IMG/VR virus record: IMGVR_UViG_3300005288_000008
Coordinates: 1-42,727 of that record
Reading direction: 5' to 3' (one strand)
From: a virus
Length of the DNA: 42,727 bases
Shown: piece after piece, positions 31,576 through 39,389 of the stretch
Numbering within the stretch: the stretch's first letter is position 1
Layout: each line of letters begins with the position of its first letter
Notes under the pieces: model-generated
Seen by the model: the letters and a program-made list of their open reading frames with translations, nothing else
Databases searched by the model: none
Told to the model about the DNA's origin: nothing
Program-made: the position numbers and the translations under genes

Positions 31576-32010
31576 ATGACCAATAACCCAACGATTGACG
31601 GCGTGTCGCGGGCGACAATTGAGCAGGCTTTACTTGATGCTCAAAGAGTGCGCTTCCCCACCGATAAACATATTTGCAATCTGCGCGCCTTGATAGATGC
31701 CCCTGTCGTCGAGCGCCAGCCGGTTGCCTGCGGACAATGCGGATCGACTTCGGCGGACATCTGCAACGGTAATGGCTGCGGATATCTCGAATCCGGCAAC
31801 GGTGAACCCGAAATCGCCGCCCTGCAATCCACCATCGCCCAGCTACAGGCGCGCGTGCAGGAGCTGGAGATTGGACTTGGCGGAATGCTGTTCGCTTTTG
31901 ATGACGGCGTAGGAAGAGGCTGGTCAGCAAAAATCCTCGACTACGCCCGTAAGCTGACTCCGGCTGTCGAGTTCGACGCCACCGCTGCGCTGAATGAGGT
32001 GAAGCCGTGA
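31576..32010 (+). CDS. Hypothetical protein (144 aa), Cys cluster + coiled-coil
   Basis: ORF track. CGQCGSTSADICNGNGCGY, then IAALQSTIAQLQARVQELE. Confidence 0.55.
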   Translation: MTNNPTIDGVSRATIEQALLDAQRVRFPTDKHICNLRALIDAPVVERQPVACGQCGSTSADICNGNGCGYLESGNGEPEIAALQSTIAQLQARVQELEIGLGGMLFAFDDGVGRGWSAKILDYARKLTPAVEFDATAALNEVKP

Positions 32011-32189
32011 GCCATCCAGCCGCTTACTACGAAGGAAAAGAACAGCGATCCAAAGGCCTGAGCCAGAAGGGAAACCCATACCGCTCAGTGACTAATCAAT
32101 GGTCATGGTGGCAGGCCGGCTACAACGACAAAGACATTCAGATGTCGAAGGAAAACAATTATGTACCTACCAACACAAGAGCATATTGA
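32007..32189 (+). CDS. Rmf/CrpP-like small protein (60 aa)
   Basis: ORF track. AAYYEGKEQRSKGLSQKGNPYRSVTNQWSWWQAGYND resembles the G..A...G.....(C/N)PY......W..GW pattern of the ribosome modulation factor/CrpP family. Confidence 0.45.
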   Translation: MSHPAAYYEGKEQRSKGLSQKGNPYRSVTNQWSWWQAGYNDKDIQMSKENNYVPTNTRAY

Positions 32190-32430
32190 TCTTTGGAATC
32201 GCGGCTGCTCATGTCACTTCATCGCGAACTTGGTCGGTGTGCATCGGATGACTATCTGTCGTGGCTTCAAGAAACTCGGCTTCGATTTGCTTAACAGGCC
32301 GAGGCCAAATATTGATGAGATCATCACCGAAGTTCGTCGACTAAAGTCGCTGGGCTGGTCACGAAACAAGATATCTGAACGAGTCGGATACTCGAACCGG
32401 CAGATAGGCAGATGGACAAACAACAAATGA
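32161..32430 (+). CDS. Small HTH-type DNA-binding protein (89 aa, two HTH-like segments)
   Basis: ORF track. IANLVGVHRMTICRGFKKLG and SRNKISERVGYSNRQIGRW. Last gene before the plus-strand terminator. Confidence 0.5.
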   Translation: MYLPTQEHIDLWNRGCSCHFIANLVGVHRMTICRGFKKLGFDLLNRPRPNIDEIITEVRRLKSLGWSRNKISERVGYSNRQIGRWTNNK

Positions 32431-32434
32431 ACTT

Positions 32435-32459
32435 AGCCCCTTAACTGGGGCTTTCTTTT
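32435..32459 (+). terminator. Intrinsic terminator AGCCCC-TTAACT-GGGGCT-TTCTTTTG
   Basis: Read directly, 5 nt after the stop at 32430. Confidence 0.65.
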
Positions 32460-32480
32460 GCCTTCAGGAAATAACGCCCA

Positions 32481-32506
32481 ATAAAAAGCCCATCCGAAGA
32501 TGGGCT
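32481..32506 (-). terminator. Intrinsic terminator for the minus-strand island (AGCCCATC-TTCG-GATGGGCT-TTTTAT)
   Basis: Read on the minus strand, about 45 nt after the primase stop (32549). Confidence 0.65.
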
Positions 32507-32548
32507 GCCTGGCGGGGCTTTGACAGGAGCTTGCCGAGGGTCTTCAGG

Positions 32549-33406
32549 TTATGCGCAGCACTTGCGCCTGTCAACCTTGGCATATGGATCCAGGGGAAGC
32601 GCAACGATTGCATATCCATCATCAACGAACTGATCGGCCTCGGACGGGTCGCAGCCGATGTGCGTAAAGCGGTCTTTGCAGTTTGCTAGCATCCAGTTGA
32701 AATTTTCGTACTCCATGGCGCACAGGACGCGAATGCGACCGGACTGCGACCACCACAGGCGCCATGCGTGCGCGTAATCGATGCAGATAATTGTTTTTCC
32801 GTCGTGATCGCCTTCTGGCTCAAGGATGGCGGTCGATCCGAACGATGGATTTCCGGCTGCGTAGGTGATGCCCTTGCTGCTGATCGCCGCGAGGTTGGTT
32901 GTCTCGCCGATGTTGTTGATCAGCGGGACGATGAGCGAGCCTTTCAGGTTCAGGCACTGGACATTGGAAGCGGTGTTGTTTTGCATGAGGTATTTGTGTT
33001 GTTCGGTTGGTTGGCAGGTCGAGAGGATGGTTGCGGATTTTTCGCGGTCTTCGGCGTGGCCTGGGAGATCGCAGCGCGTTGCGCGAATTACAGGCGCTCT
33101 CTTTACCGATGAAGACTCAAGGGTTATCTCGCCAAGGATTGATTCGACGGCACCGCGAAAGCTTAGGCCTGGATTCATGGCTTGAACGAAGCCGATGGCA
33201 TCGCCTCCAGCGCCGCAACCTTGGCAATAGTAGAAATCCTTCGACTCGACGACGCCGAAGCTTGGCGTCTTTTCTTTGTGGAATGGGCAGAGCGCTACCC
33301 AGTTCTTGCCGGCCCTCTTCAGATCCGGCAGATAGCCACGAATCACGCCGACGATGTCCTCGTTGGCGCGGTCGACGATGTGTTGCGGGACGAGCTGGCC
33401 GCTCAC
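32549..33406 (-). CDS. DnaG-type DNA primase (CHC2 zinc finger + catalytic core, 285 aa)
   Basis: ORF track. CPFHKEKTPSFGVVESKDFYYCQGCGAGGDAIGFV is the canonical zf-CHC2 primase motif. Confidence 0.8.
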   Translation of the reverse strand: MSGQLVPQHIVDRANEDIVGVIRGYLPDLKRAGKNWVALCPFHKEKTPSFGVVESKDFYYCQGCGAGGDAIGFVQAMNPGLSFRGAVESILGEITLESSSVKRAPVIRATRCDLPGHAEDREKSATILSTCQPTEQHKYLMQNNTASNVQCLNLKGSLIVPLINNIGETTNLAAISSKGITYAAGNPSFGSTAILEPEGDHDGKTIICIDYAHAWRLWWSQSGRIRVLCAMEYENFNWMLANCKDRFTHIGCDPSEADQFVDDGYAIVALPLDPYAKVDRRKCCA

Positions 33407-33840
33407 TTCTGAAGCTCCAGAAACGTCGGCAGCTTGATGGCCGGAATACGACCGCGAGACTTGTAGGTATGGTAATCGCTGACGGTGATGAATGCAGCAT
33501 CACACAGCGCCTTGACGCTACCAAACTGTTTGGCCAGCTTGACGAGTAGTTTTGCATCCTGCGTTGTCGGCACCGGCTTGATTCCAGGATTAGGACCTGG
33601 AAACTCCTGATCCCATTCAGCCTCAGAAAGGTCGGGCCGGAACTCTTCTTTCATGCGGCCAGTGACTTCGGCCAATCGGTAAGCAGCCCGCCGAGACATG
33701 TAGCCACGCTGAACCCACATCGCAACCGCAGTCGGCTTGAAGTTTGTAGCGCGAGCCAGCTCAGCAGCGGAGCCGTACTCAGCAATCAGGCTTGCCAGCA
33801 CGCGGCCCCGATCATCTTGCTGGAGGTCAATTGGAGGCAT
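33403..33840 (-). CDS. Cro/YdaS-like HTH transcriptional regulator with duplicated domain (145 aa)
   Basis: ORF track. GSAAELARATNFKPTAVAMWVQRGYMSRRAAYRLAEVTGRMKEEFRPDL fits the Cro/YdaS-type HTH. A second, related segment reads FGSVKALCDAAFITVSDYHTYKSRGRIPA. Confidence 0.65.
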   Translation of the reverse strand: MPPIDLQQDDRGRVLASLIAEYGSAAELARATNFKPTAVAMWVQRGYMSRRAAYRLAEVTGRMKEEFRPDLSEAEWDQEFPGPNPGIKPVPTTQDAKLLVKLAKQFGSVKALCDAAFITVSDYHTYKSRGRIPAIKLPTFLELQK

Positions 33841-33854
33841 AATTCAATTCCGTG

Positions 33855-33884
33855 TTGACATAGTGATTATCTTTGCCGGATGAT
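33855..33884 (+). promoter_or_regulatory. Promoter cassette P5: TTGACA-TAGTGATTATCTTTGCCG-GATGAT (18-bp spacer)
   Basis: -35 at 33855-33860 and -10 at 33879-33884. Its -10 overlaps the -10 of the opposing regulator promoter. Confidence 0.55.
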
Positions 33885-33908
33885 AACGCCAGATGGTAAT
33901 TATTGCAA
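33880..33908 (-). promoter_or_regulatory. Sigma70-like promoter TTGCAA-N17-TATCAT for the regulator/primase island
   Basis: -35 at 33903-33908 and -10 at 33880-33885 on the minus strand. The predicted leader contains the reverse complement of the P5 cassette. Confidence 0.55.
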
Positions 33909-33921
33909 TGAGGATATAGAG

Positions 33922-34188
33922 ATGGGCAAATGGGCCAGCGTCAAAGATCGTGAACTGCTGGAACTGGCGGCGAAAGTTGCGGAGCTTGGTTTTGTTCCAA
34001 GTCCTGATAAAGGGTACGGTAGTATTCGGGGTGTAATGCACAAGCCATGGAACCCGCTTCACGACGATGGCGATGCTTTCCGCCTGGCACACAAGCTTGG
34101 CATCCAAATCAAATGGTTCGGCAACATTGAAACCGTCCGCCGCGCAATCGTAAGCGCCGCCGCCGAAATCGGCCGTAAAATGCCATGA
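33922..34188 (+). CDS. Hypothetical protein (88 aa from ATG 33922)
   Basis: ORF-track frame 33880-34188. ATG 33922 has GAGGA upstream and lies downstream of the predicted P5 transcript start. Motif WNPLHDDGDAFRLAHKLGI. Confidence 0.5.
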   Translation: MGKWASVKDRELLELAAKVAELGFVPSPDKGYGSIRGVMHKPWNPLHDDGDAFRLAHKLGIQIKWFGNIETVRRAIVSAAAEIGRKMP

Positions 34189-34556
34189 GCACTCACTGCC
34201 GTTGCCGAAAATGCCGAGCGCGCCGAACACTGCCAAAGCATCCTGGCGATTACCGAATGCGCAAAAAATGTCCGCGCTGTAAGAAGCCGCATTTTTCGGA
34301 AAGCAATGCATGCCAGACAAATAAATGCGGATTCATTGGCATGATGACTACGCCGAAATGCAGGTCGTGCGGTAGTCGAGAATACTCGGTTGATCAGTAC
34401 CGAACTGATGGAAAGGACACACGCCCTACCTGCTCAAGCAAACAGTGCTGCCCTTATCCGCACCGAATGGGATCGAACAACCTGTTGCCGGCGCACGGCG
34501 ACCTGAACTGCTTATTCAATGCTGATGGTAGCTATCGCGATTTCTTCGCGTCTTGA
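34185..34556 (+). CDS. Cys-rich multi-zinc-ribbon protein (123 aa)
   Basis: ORF track. CRCRKC...CPRC...CQTNKC...CRSC...CSSKQCC. Confidence 0.55.
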   Translation: MSTHCRCRKCRARRTLPKHPGDYRMRKKCPRCKKPHFSESNACQTNKCGFIGMMTTPKCRSCGSREYSVDQYRTDGKDTRPTCSSKQCCPYPHRMGSNNLLPAHGDLNCLFNADGSYRDFFAS

Positions 34557-34569
34557 TTGCTATCGAAGC

Positions 34570-34598
34570 TTGATATAGTTATTATTGTTTTCTACTGA
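34570..34598 (+). promoter_or_regulatory. Promoter cassette P6: TTGATA-TAGTTATTATTGTTTTC-TACTGA
   Basis: -35 at 34570-34575 and -10 at 34593-34598. The GACAGGAGC leader follows immediately. Confidence 0.5.
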
Positions 34599-34612
34599 CA
34601 GGAGCATCACCA

Positions 34613-35515
34613 ATGGCCTTCACTCTTCACAACATCGCTACCGATAAAGAAAACGCCACGGCCAAGCGTGCCGACTCGATCAAGGCACAGCTCAGCAAAA
34701 TCAAAATCGTCAACGGTTTCAATGAGCGCGACTTCCAACGCGAAGACGTGCGCCTGCATATCGCATCAATCGTTTCCTCGCTGATCGCTGGCGAGCCAAT
34801 CCCCGCGCTGGTTGTCTGGACGAATCCAGAAACCGGCGACATCGAGCTGGTTGATGGCGAATGCCGCTACTGGGCCTACACCGATTTCGCTGCGGAGTAT
34901 CCGGACAAGTTCGACGGCTATGTCAGCGTGGTTCCGTACCAAGGCACTCCAGCTCAGCGCAAGGCCATGGTTGCCAAGAGCAACAGCCAATTACCGCTTG
35001 ATCCAGTCCAGCGTGGCCGCGTTTATCTGTCGCTGCGTGATGAGCATGGCATGAGTCGCCAGGATATTGCTGCTGAGATGGGCAAGTCGTTGGCGCATGT
35101 TGATCAGCATTTGCTGTTGGCCAGTGGCGGTGAAGAGGTTCATGCAGCCGTTGGCGCTGGCGTTATTTCCGCAACCGAAGCCGTCAAGCTGGTGCGCGAT
35201 CATGGCGCCGATGCACCTGCTGAACTGGAGCGCCGCAAAGAGGCTGCCAAGGAAATCGGCAAGGACAAGGTGACCGCGAAGGTTGCAGCGCCGAAAGCGC
35301 CAAGTCGGCCGAAAGTGGATATGGTGGTTTCGGCTGCCGTCGTGCTTGTAAAACAATTGAGCGCGTCGACAATTGAGCTTTGCGATGATCCCGAGCCTAC
35401 TTTTGTAAACGTCAGTTCGCACGCCCTGGCTGACCTGATCATGGCCGTTCGCGAAATGCAGCAGGCCGGCAAACCGCTGGATGCTGATAAGCAAATGGAA
35501 TTGATCGGGGAATAA
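34613..35515 (+). CDS. ParB/Srx N-terminal domain protein with HTH (300 aa)
   Basis: ORF track. ...IELVDGECRYWAY... is a ParB-box-like motif. MSRQDIAAEMGKSLAHVDQHL is an HTH. Confidence 0.65.
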   Translation: MAFTLHNIATDKENATAKRADSIKAQLSKIKIVNGFNERDFQREDVRLHIASIVSSLIAGEPIPALVVWTNPETGDIELVDGECRYWAYTDFAAEYPDKFDGYVSVVPYQGTPAQRKAMVAKSNSQLPLDPVQRGRVYLSLRDEHGMSRQDIAAEMGKSLAHVDQHLLLASGGEEVHAAVGAGVISATEAVKLVRDHGADAPAELERRKEAAKEIGKDKVTAKVAAPKAPSRPKVDMVVSAAVVLVKQLSASTIELCDDPEPTFVNVSSHALADLIMAVREMQQAGKPLDADKQMELIGE

Positions 35516-35520
35516 TCAAT

Positions 35521-37545
35521 ATGGCGCTCCACCTGCTGGAACACCAACTCCCCGTAATCGCCGCCATGCAAAAACACTTCCGCAGCCGCGAGACTGCGAA
35601 GTGGGGCGAGCGCGATATTCATCCACCAATCGTCTGCAATGCTTCGGTATCCAGCGGCAAAAGTATCATGATCGCCGCGCTGGCAATGGCGGTCAGAAAG
35701 GCTGCCATCAATTCACAAAAGCCGCGCTCGGTCTTCGTGCTGGTAATCCAGCGCCAAGGCGAGCTATGTATGCAAAACAGTGAGGCGGCCTGGGCATTCA
35801 ACGATGAATCCAAGCTGCTGAATAACTCGTTGTTCTCGGCCAGTTGCGGCAAGGTCAAGTCCACGCATTTCCAGGTTGTTTACGCCACCGAGGGAACGCT
35901 GTCACGTGCCCTCGGGTTCGGCGTCAAAGCCAAGGATGGCGAAGAACCTGAAGCGCCAAAGCCTCAATACAGGTTCTCGCCCTACACCGTCGAAGAACTC
36001 GCCAAGACGCCTGAGCAGCGCGCCCTGCTGAAGAAGTTTCACCCTGACCTGATCATGTGGGATGAGGGCCACCAGATCCCATACGACAACCCTGACAGCA
36101 TGGCAGTGAAGATCCTCAACCACTTCTACGACTGCAAGCCGGCAATGCGCCTGGCATGCTTCAGCGGCTCATGTTTTCGCGGCACCGACTCCATCGTCGG
36201 CGATACGCCGCAGCACCTCTGGAAGAAGTTCGCCAGCATCAAGCCGGACGATACCGATTATCCAGAAGGCGGCGTAGGCGACGGCGTCATCACCACTGAA
36301 TTCATGATCGAGCAAGGCTGGGTTGTTCCGCCGACATTTGGCTATCCGGATGACACGGATAAGCAGTACGACTTCAGTCATTTGAACCCGAATGGCTGGG
36401 AGTACGACGAAGCCGAGATGGATGCCGTTGTCAGCGATCACCAGAAGCTGCTGGCGGTATGCTCTGACGTGATCGAGAAGGCGGCCAGCCGAAAGGGCGT
36501 CCTGATCTTCGCGGCTACCCAGCGGCACGCCAGGCAGATTGCCGCCGCCATGAAAGACCTCGGCGTTGATCCTGACACCATTGGCGTGATTACCGAGAAG
36601 ACCAAGGACAAGGATCGGCGCCGGATTCTGGATCAGGCGAAAACCGGAGTCATCAAGTACACGATCAACGTCGCCGTTCTGACTACCGGGGTGAACGTGC
36701 CATGGTGGGACACGCTGGTATTCATGCGGCCAATCGGTTCGCTGGTGCTGCTGATCCAGGCTATCGGTCGCGTGCTGCGCCTGCTGATCCTTGATGGCGA
36801 AGTGCCGATGTTTGAGCGATCCAACCTGTTCGGCTTGACTGCGGCTGATCGACTTGAGCTGATTGCAGCCAGCAGCAAGCCTGATGCCCTGGTAATGGAT
36901 TACGCCGACGTGATGAACACGCTCGGGCATCTTTACGACAACCAGATCCTTGAGCAAGCCGAGCTGGAGAAGGCGAAGAAGGAAAAAAAGGATCTGATCG
37001 AGTGTCCGAAGTGCTCAACTATGAACAGCCCGTCAGCCCGCCGCTGTATTATGCGCGACGATTACGGCAATCGCTGCGAACACTTCTGGCACTTCCGCCT
37101 ATGCCCTGGATGCGGCACTCAGAACGATCAGGTTGCCCGCGAGTGCCGATCCTGCAAGCGCATGCTGATCGACCCAAACGCGGCGCTGAACAATAAGCAT
37201 TATGTAGATGGCGAGTCTATCCCGGTTCGCTCGATGAAAGCCGGTCACGGCTCAGACGGCAAGCTCTGGTTTCGTTACGAGCTGTCGACGGGAGACACGC
37301 CGATGGAATTGTTCTATCCACATGCCGGCCAGAACAAAAAGGTCAACAACATCATCTGGGGCAAGTTCGTTGATCAGTTACCGATTGATCAGCGGTCTCG
37401 TCTCAGACTCAAGGCGATGAAGGCTGAAACGGTGATGGAAAATATTGATTTGATTCCGGTGCCTGCTGAGTTGTCGGCGCGGAAGAAGGGTTCGAAATGG
37501 ACGGTAGGAAGAAGGAAATATCAGGAAGTGGAGGTGGCGGTATGA
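35521..37545 (+). CDS. Superfamily 2 DNA helicase (DEAD/DEAH-like) with C-terminal double zinc ribbon (674 aa)
   Basis: ORF track. Walker A NASVSSGKS, motif II MWDEGHQ, motif VI QAIGRVLR. C-terminal CPKC...RRC...CPGC...CRSC. Confidence 0.8.
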   Translation: MALHLLEHQLPVIAAMQKHFRSRETAKWGERDIHPPIVCNASVSSGKSIMIAALAMAVRKAAINSQKPRSVFVLVIQRQGELCMQNSEAAWAFNDESKLLNNSLFSASCGKVKSTHFQVVYATEGTLSRALGFGVKAKDGEEPEAPKPQYRFSPYTVEELAKTPEQRALLKKFHPDLIMWDEGHQIPYDNPDSMAVKILNHFYDCKPAMRLACFSGSCFRGTDSIVGDTPQHLWKKFASIKPDDTDYPEGGVGDGVITTEFMIEQGWVVPPTFGYPDDTDKQYDFSHLNPNGWEYDEAEMDAVVSDHQKLLAVCSDVIEKAASRKGVLIFAATQRHARQIAAAMKDLGVDPDTIGVITEKTKDKDRRRILDQAKTGVIKYTINVAVLTTGVNVPWWDTLVFMRPIGSLVLLIQAIGRVLRLLILDGEVPMFERSNLFGLTAADRLELIAASSKPDALVMDYADVMNTLGHLYDNQILEQAELEKAKKEKKDLIECPKCSTMNSPSARRCIMRDDYGNRCEHFWHFRLCPGCGTQNDQVARECRSCKRMLIDPNAALNNKHYVDGESIPVRSMKAGHGSDGKLWFRYELSTGDTPMELFYPHAGQNKKVNNIIWGKFVDQLPIDQRSRLRLKAMKAETVMENIDLIPVPAELSARKKGSKWTVGRRKYQEVEVAV

Positions 37546-37835
37546 CTGTTTACGTGGACGATCTTGAGTCTTACGGGTGGGTAATTCGCGGCAACAAAAC
37601 CACGAGCTGCCATATGTTTACTGACAGCCTGGATCTTTCTGAGCTTCATGCGATTGGCAAAACGGTCGGTATGCAGATCAGATGGTTTCAGGATAAGCGA
37701 TCCGCTCCACATTACGACTTAGTACCGTCGAAACGAGAGGCGGCTATCGCTGCTGGCGCGGTTCCGGTTGACCGAGAACAGGCCGTCCGCATCTGGAGAA
37801 TTCGTCGTTATCTGGTGAAAAGGTCTCTACGATGA
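37542..37835 (+). CDS. DUF4031 domain protein (97 aa from ATG 37542)
   Basis: ORF-track frame 37497-37835. ATG overlaps the helicase stop. MTVYVDDL...SCHMFTDS..ELHAIGKTVGMQIRWFQDKRSAPHYDLVPSKREAAIAAGA matches the DUF4031 pattern. Confidence 0.6.
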   Translation: MTVYVDDLESYGWVIRGNKTTSCHMFTDSLDLSELHAIGKTVGMQIRWFQDKRSAPHYDLVPSKREAAIAAGAVPVDREQAVRIWRIRRYLVKRSLR

Positions 37836-38233
37836 TCCGTATCTACGACAGCGGCTATCGGGGTGATTGCCGAACAGAGCGCTGCGAGCAAATCGACTCG
37901 ATCAGTTGGCTGTCGTTCAATTACCCTGAGCGCTTTCCATTAATTTTCCACTGCCCTGGAGAGACCAAGGCAAGTCCTCAGTACATGCAGATGCGCGCCA
38001 AGGAGGGTGTCAAGGCTGGCCCTCCCGACATTATCGACCTCGATCAGTGGCCAGGTCTGTTTGAGCTGAAGCGATTGGATCGCACGAAGTCCAAGGTCAG
38101 CAAAGAGCAGAGAGACTTCTTGATTGCGGGCTCCGAACGAGGCCACTTCACCGCCATCTGCTACGGCTTCGAACAATTCAAGCTGGCCTACGCCGATTAT
38201 CTCGCCTTCATCGCCTCAAAGCAGTTGACATAG
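37832..38233 (+). CDS. VRR-NUC domain nuclease (133 aa)
   Basis: ORF track. GVKAGPPDIIDL...GLFELKR...SKEQRDFL fits the VRR-NUC PD-(D/E)XK core. Confidence 0.7.
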   Translation: MIRIYDSGYRGDCRTERCEQIDSISWLSFNYPERFPLIFHCPGETKASPQYMQMRAKEGVKAGPPDIIDLDQWPGLFELKRLDRTKSKVSKEQRDFLIAGSERGHFTAICYGFEQFKLAYADYLAFIASKQLT

Positions 38234-38253
38234 TTATTATCTTGATCCACTAT
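38225..38253 (+). promoter_or_regulatory. Promoter cassette P7: TTGACA-TAGTTATTATCTTGATC-CACTAT
   Basis: -35 at 38225-38230 and -10 at 38248-38253. The last codons and TAG stop of the VRR-NUC gene are the TTG-ACA-TAG of the cassette. Confidence 0.6.
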
Positions 38254-38292
38254 CTCAGCACCTAAAGCAGCATCCATGACAGGAGCAACAAA

Positions 38293-38580
38293 ATGGCTAT
38301 TCAGAAAGTAACGTTGTATGTCCATTCGCTTGTGCGTAGTTGGAAACCGGAGCCAGAGATTTTTGTCGCGGGCCAGAATATGGGCTCAATCGATGATTAC
38401 ACCTTGATCTGCACTCGCCAGGTGGATATCGACATTCCGGAATTCGATGCTACTGGCTTGCTTATTGAGAAACTGGAAGCTGAGGTGCAGAAAGAGCGCG
38501 CCGAATCCCAATCCCGCGTCAACATCCTGCTCGAGCGCATCAGCAAGCTGAAGGCGATTACGCATGAGGTGCCGGCATGA
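38293..38580 (+). CDS. Hypothetical protein (95 aa, C-terminal coiled-coil)
   Basis: ORF track. GACAGGAGC lies 6 nt upstream of the ATG. Confidence 0.55.
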   Translation: MAIQKVTLYVHSLVRSWKPEPEIFVAGQNMGSIDDYTLICTRQVDIDIPEFDATGLLIEKLEAEVQKERAESQSRVNILLERISKLKAITHEVPA

Positions 38581-39389
38581 TCTACGAAAACCTCCCAGCC
38601 GAAGAATACTTCGCCATCGAAGCGGCCAGCAACTCAGGCCTGAAGCTGATTCGCCGCAGCCCTGCGCACTTCAAGTACCGCGAGCCGGGAACGGGTGACA
38701 CTCGCGCCAAACAGATCGGCTCGGCAATCCACATGGCGCTGCTGGAGCCGGAGCTGTTCGCCAAGACCTACCACGTTGCCGAAGCCGATGATCGTGTAAG
38801 CGCATACTACAAAGGCTTGGCGAAAGACCTTGGCGGCGCGGTAGTTCTGACTCGACCAGAAAACCGCCGCATCATCGGTATGCAGGACGCCGCGTATCGT
38901 AATCAGCGCTTCGCCGGCTACATGGCTAAGGCTGGTCGCAATGAGTTGTCAGTCGTGTCCGTCGATCCCGTCACTGGCGTCAATGTCAAATGCCGCTTCG
39001 ACCGCAAGGGCGACTCTGCATGGGCGCTGGATTTGAAGAAGTGCCAGGATGCTCGCGGCAATGAGTTCGCCCGCGCCATCACGAACTACGGCTACTACAT
39101 GCAGATCGCTTTCTACCAGATGGTCTGGCAGTGGGAAACCGGCGAGAAGTGCGACGACTTTCCGCTGGCGGCATTGGAAGAAGATTCGCCGCACGGCTTC
39201 ATCCTTCACGACCTTGACGAGATCGCTCTGGAGCTTGGTCGCCGCCATGCTCGCGAAGCACTCGACACATACGCACGCTGCCTGGACTCCGGCGTGTGGC
39301 CTGGCTACGAAGAAGAATCCGAATTCACCAGTGTGACATCGTGGGCAGCCAATGAACTGCTGTCAGATGAAGCCTTTGGAGGTCTTTAA
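38577..39389 (+). CDS. PD-(D/E)XK family exonuclease (270 aa)
   Basis: ORF track. ...IGSAIHMALLEPELF... and ...RFDRKGDSAWALDLKKCQD... give the D...(D/E)xK arrangement of the Cas4/RecB/YqaJ-like exonuclease fold. Confidence 0.65.
   Translation: MIYENLPAEEYFAIEAASNSGLKLIRRSPAHFKYREPGTGDTRAKQIGSAIHMALLEPELFAKTYHVAEADDRVSAYYKGLAKDLGGAVVLTRPENRRIIGMQDAAYRNQRFAGYMAKAGRNELSVVSVDPVTGVNVKCRFDRKGDSAWALDLKKCQDARGNEFARAITNYGYYMQIAFYQMVWQWETGEKCDDFPLAALEEDSPHGFILHDLDEIALELGRRHAREALDTYARCLDSGVWPGYEEESEFTSVTSWAANELLSDEAFGGL

Noticed and set aside
33844-34320. 158-aa minus-strand ORF overlapping 33922-34188
   Set aside because: It would start inside a plus-strand gene and run through the overlapping promoter region. 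It has no start context, and the plus-strand genes have RBSs and coupling.
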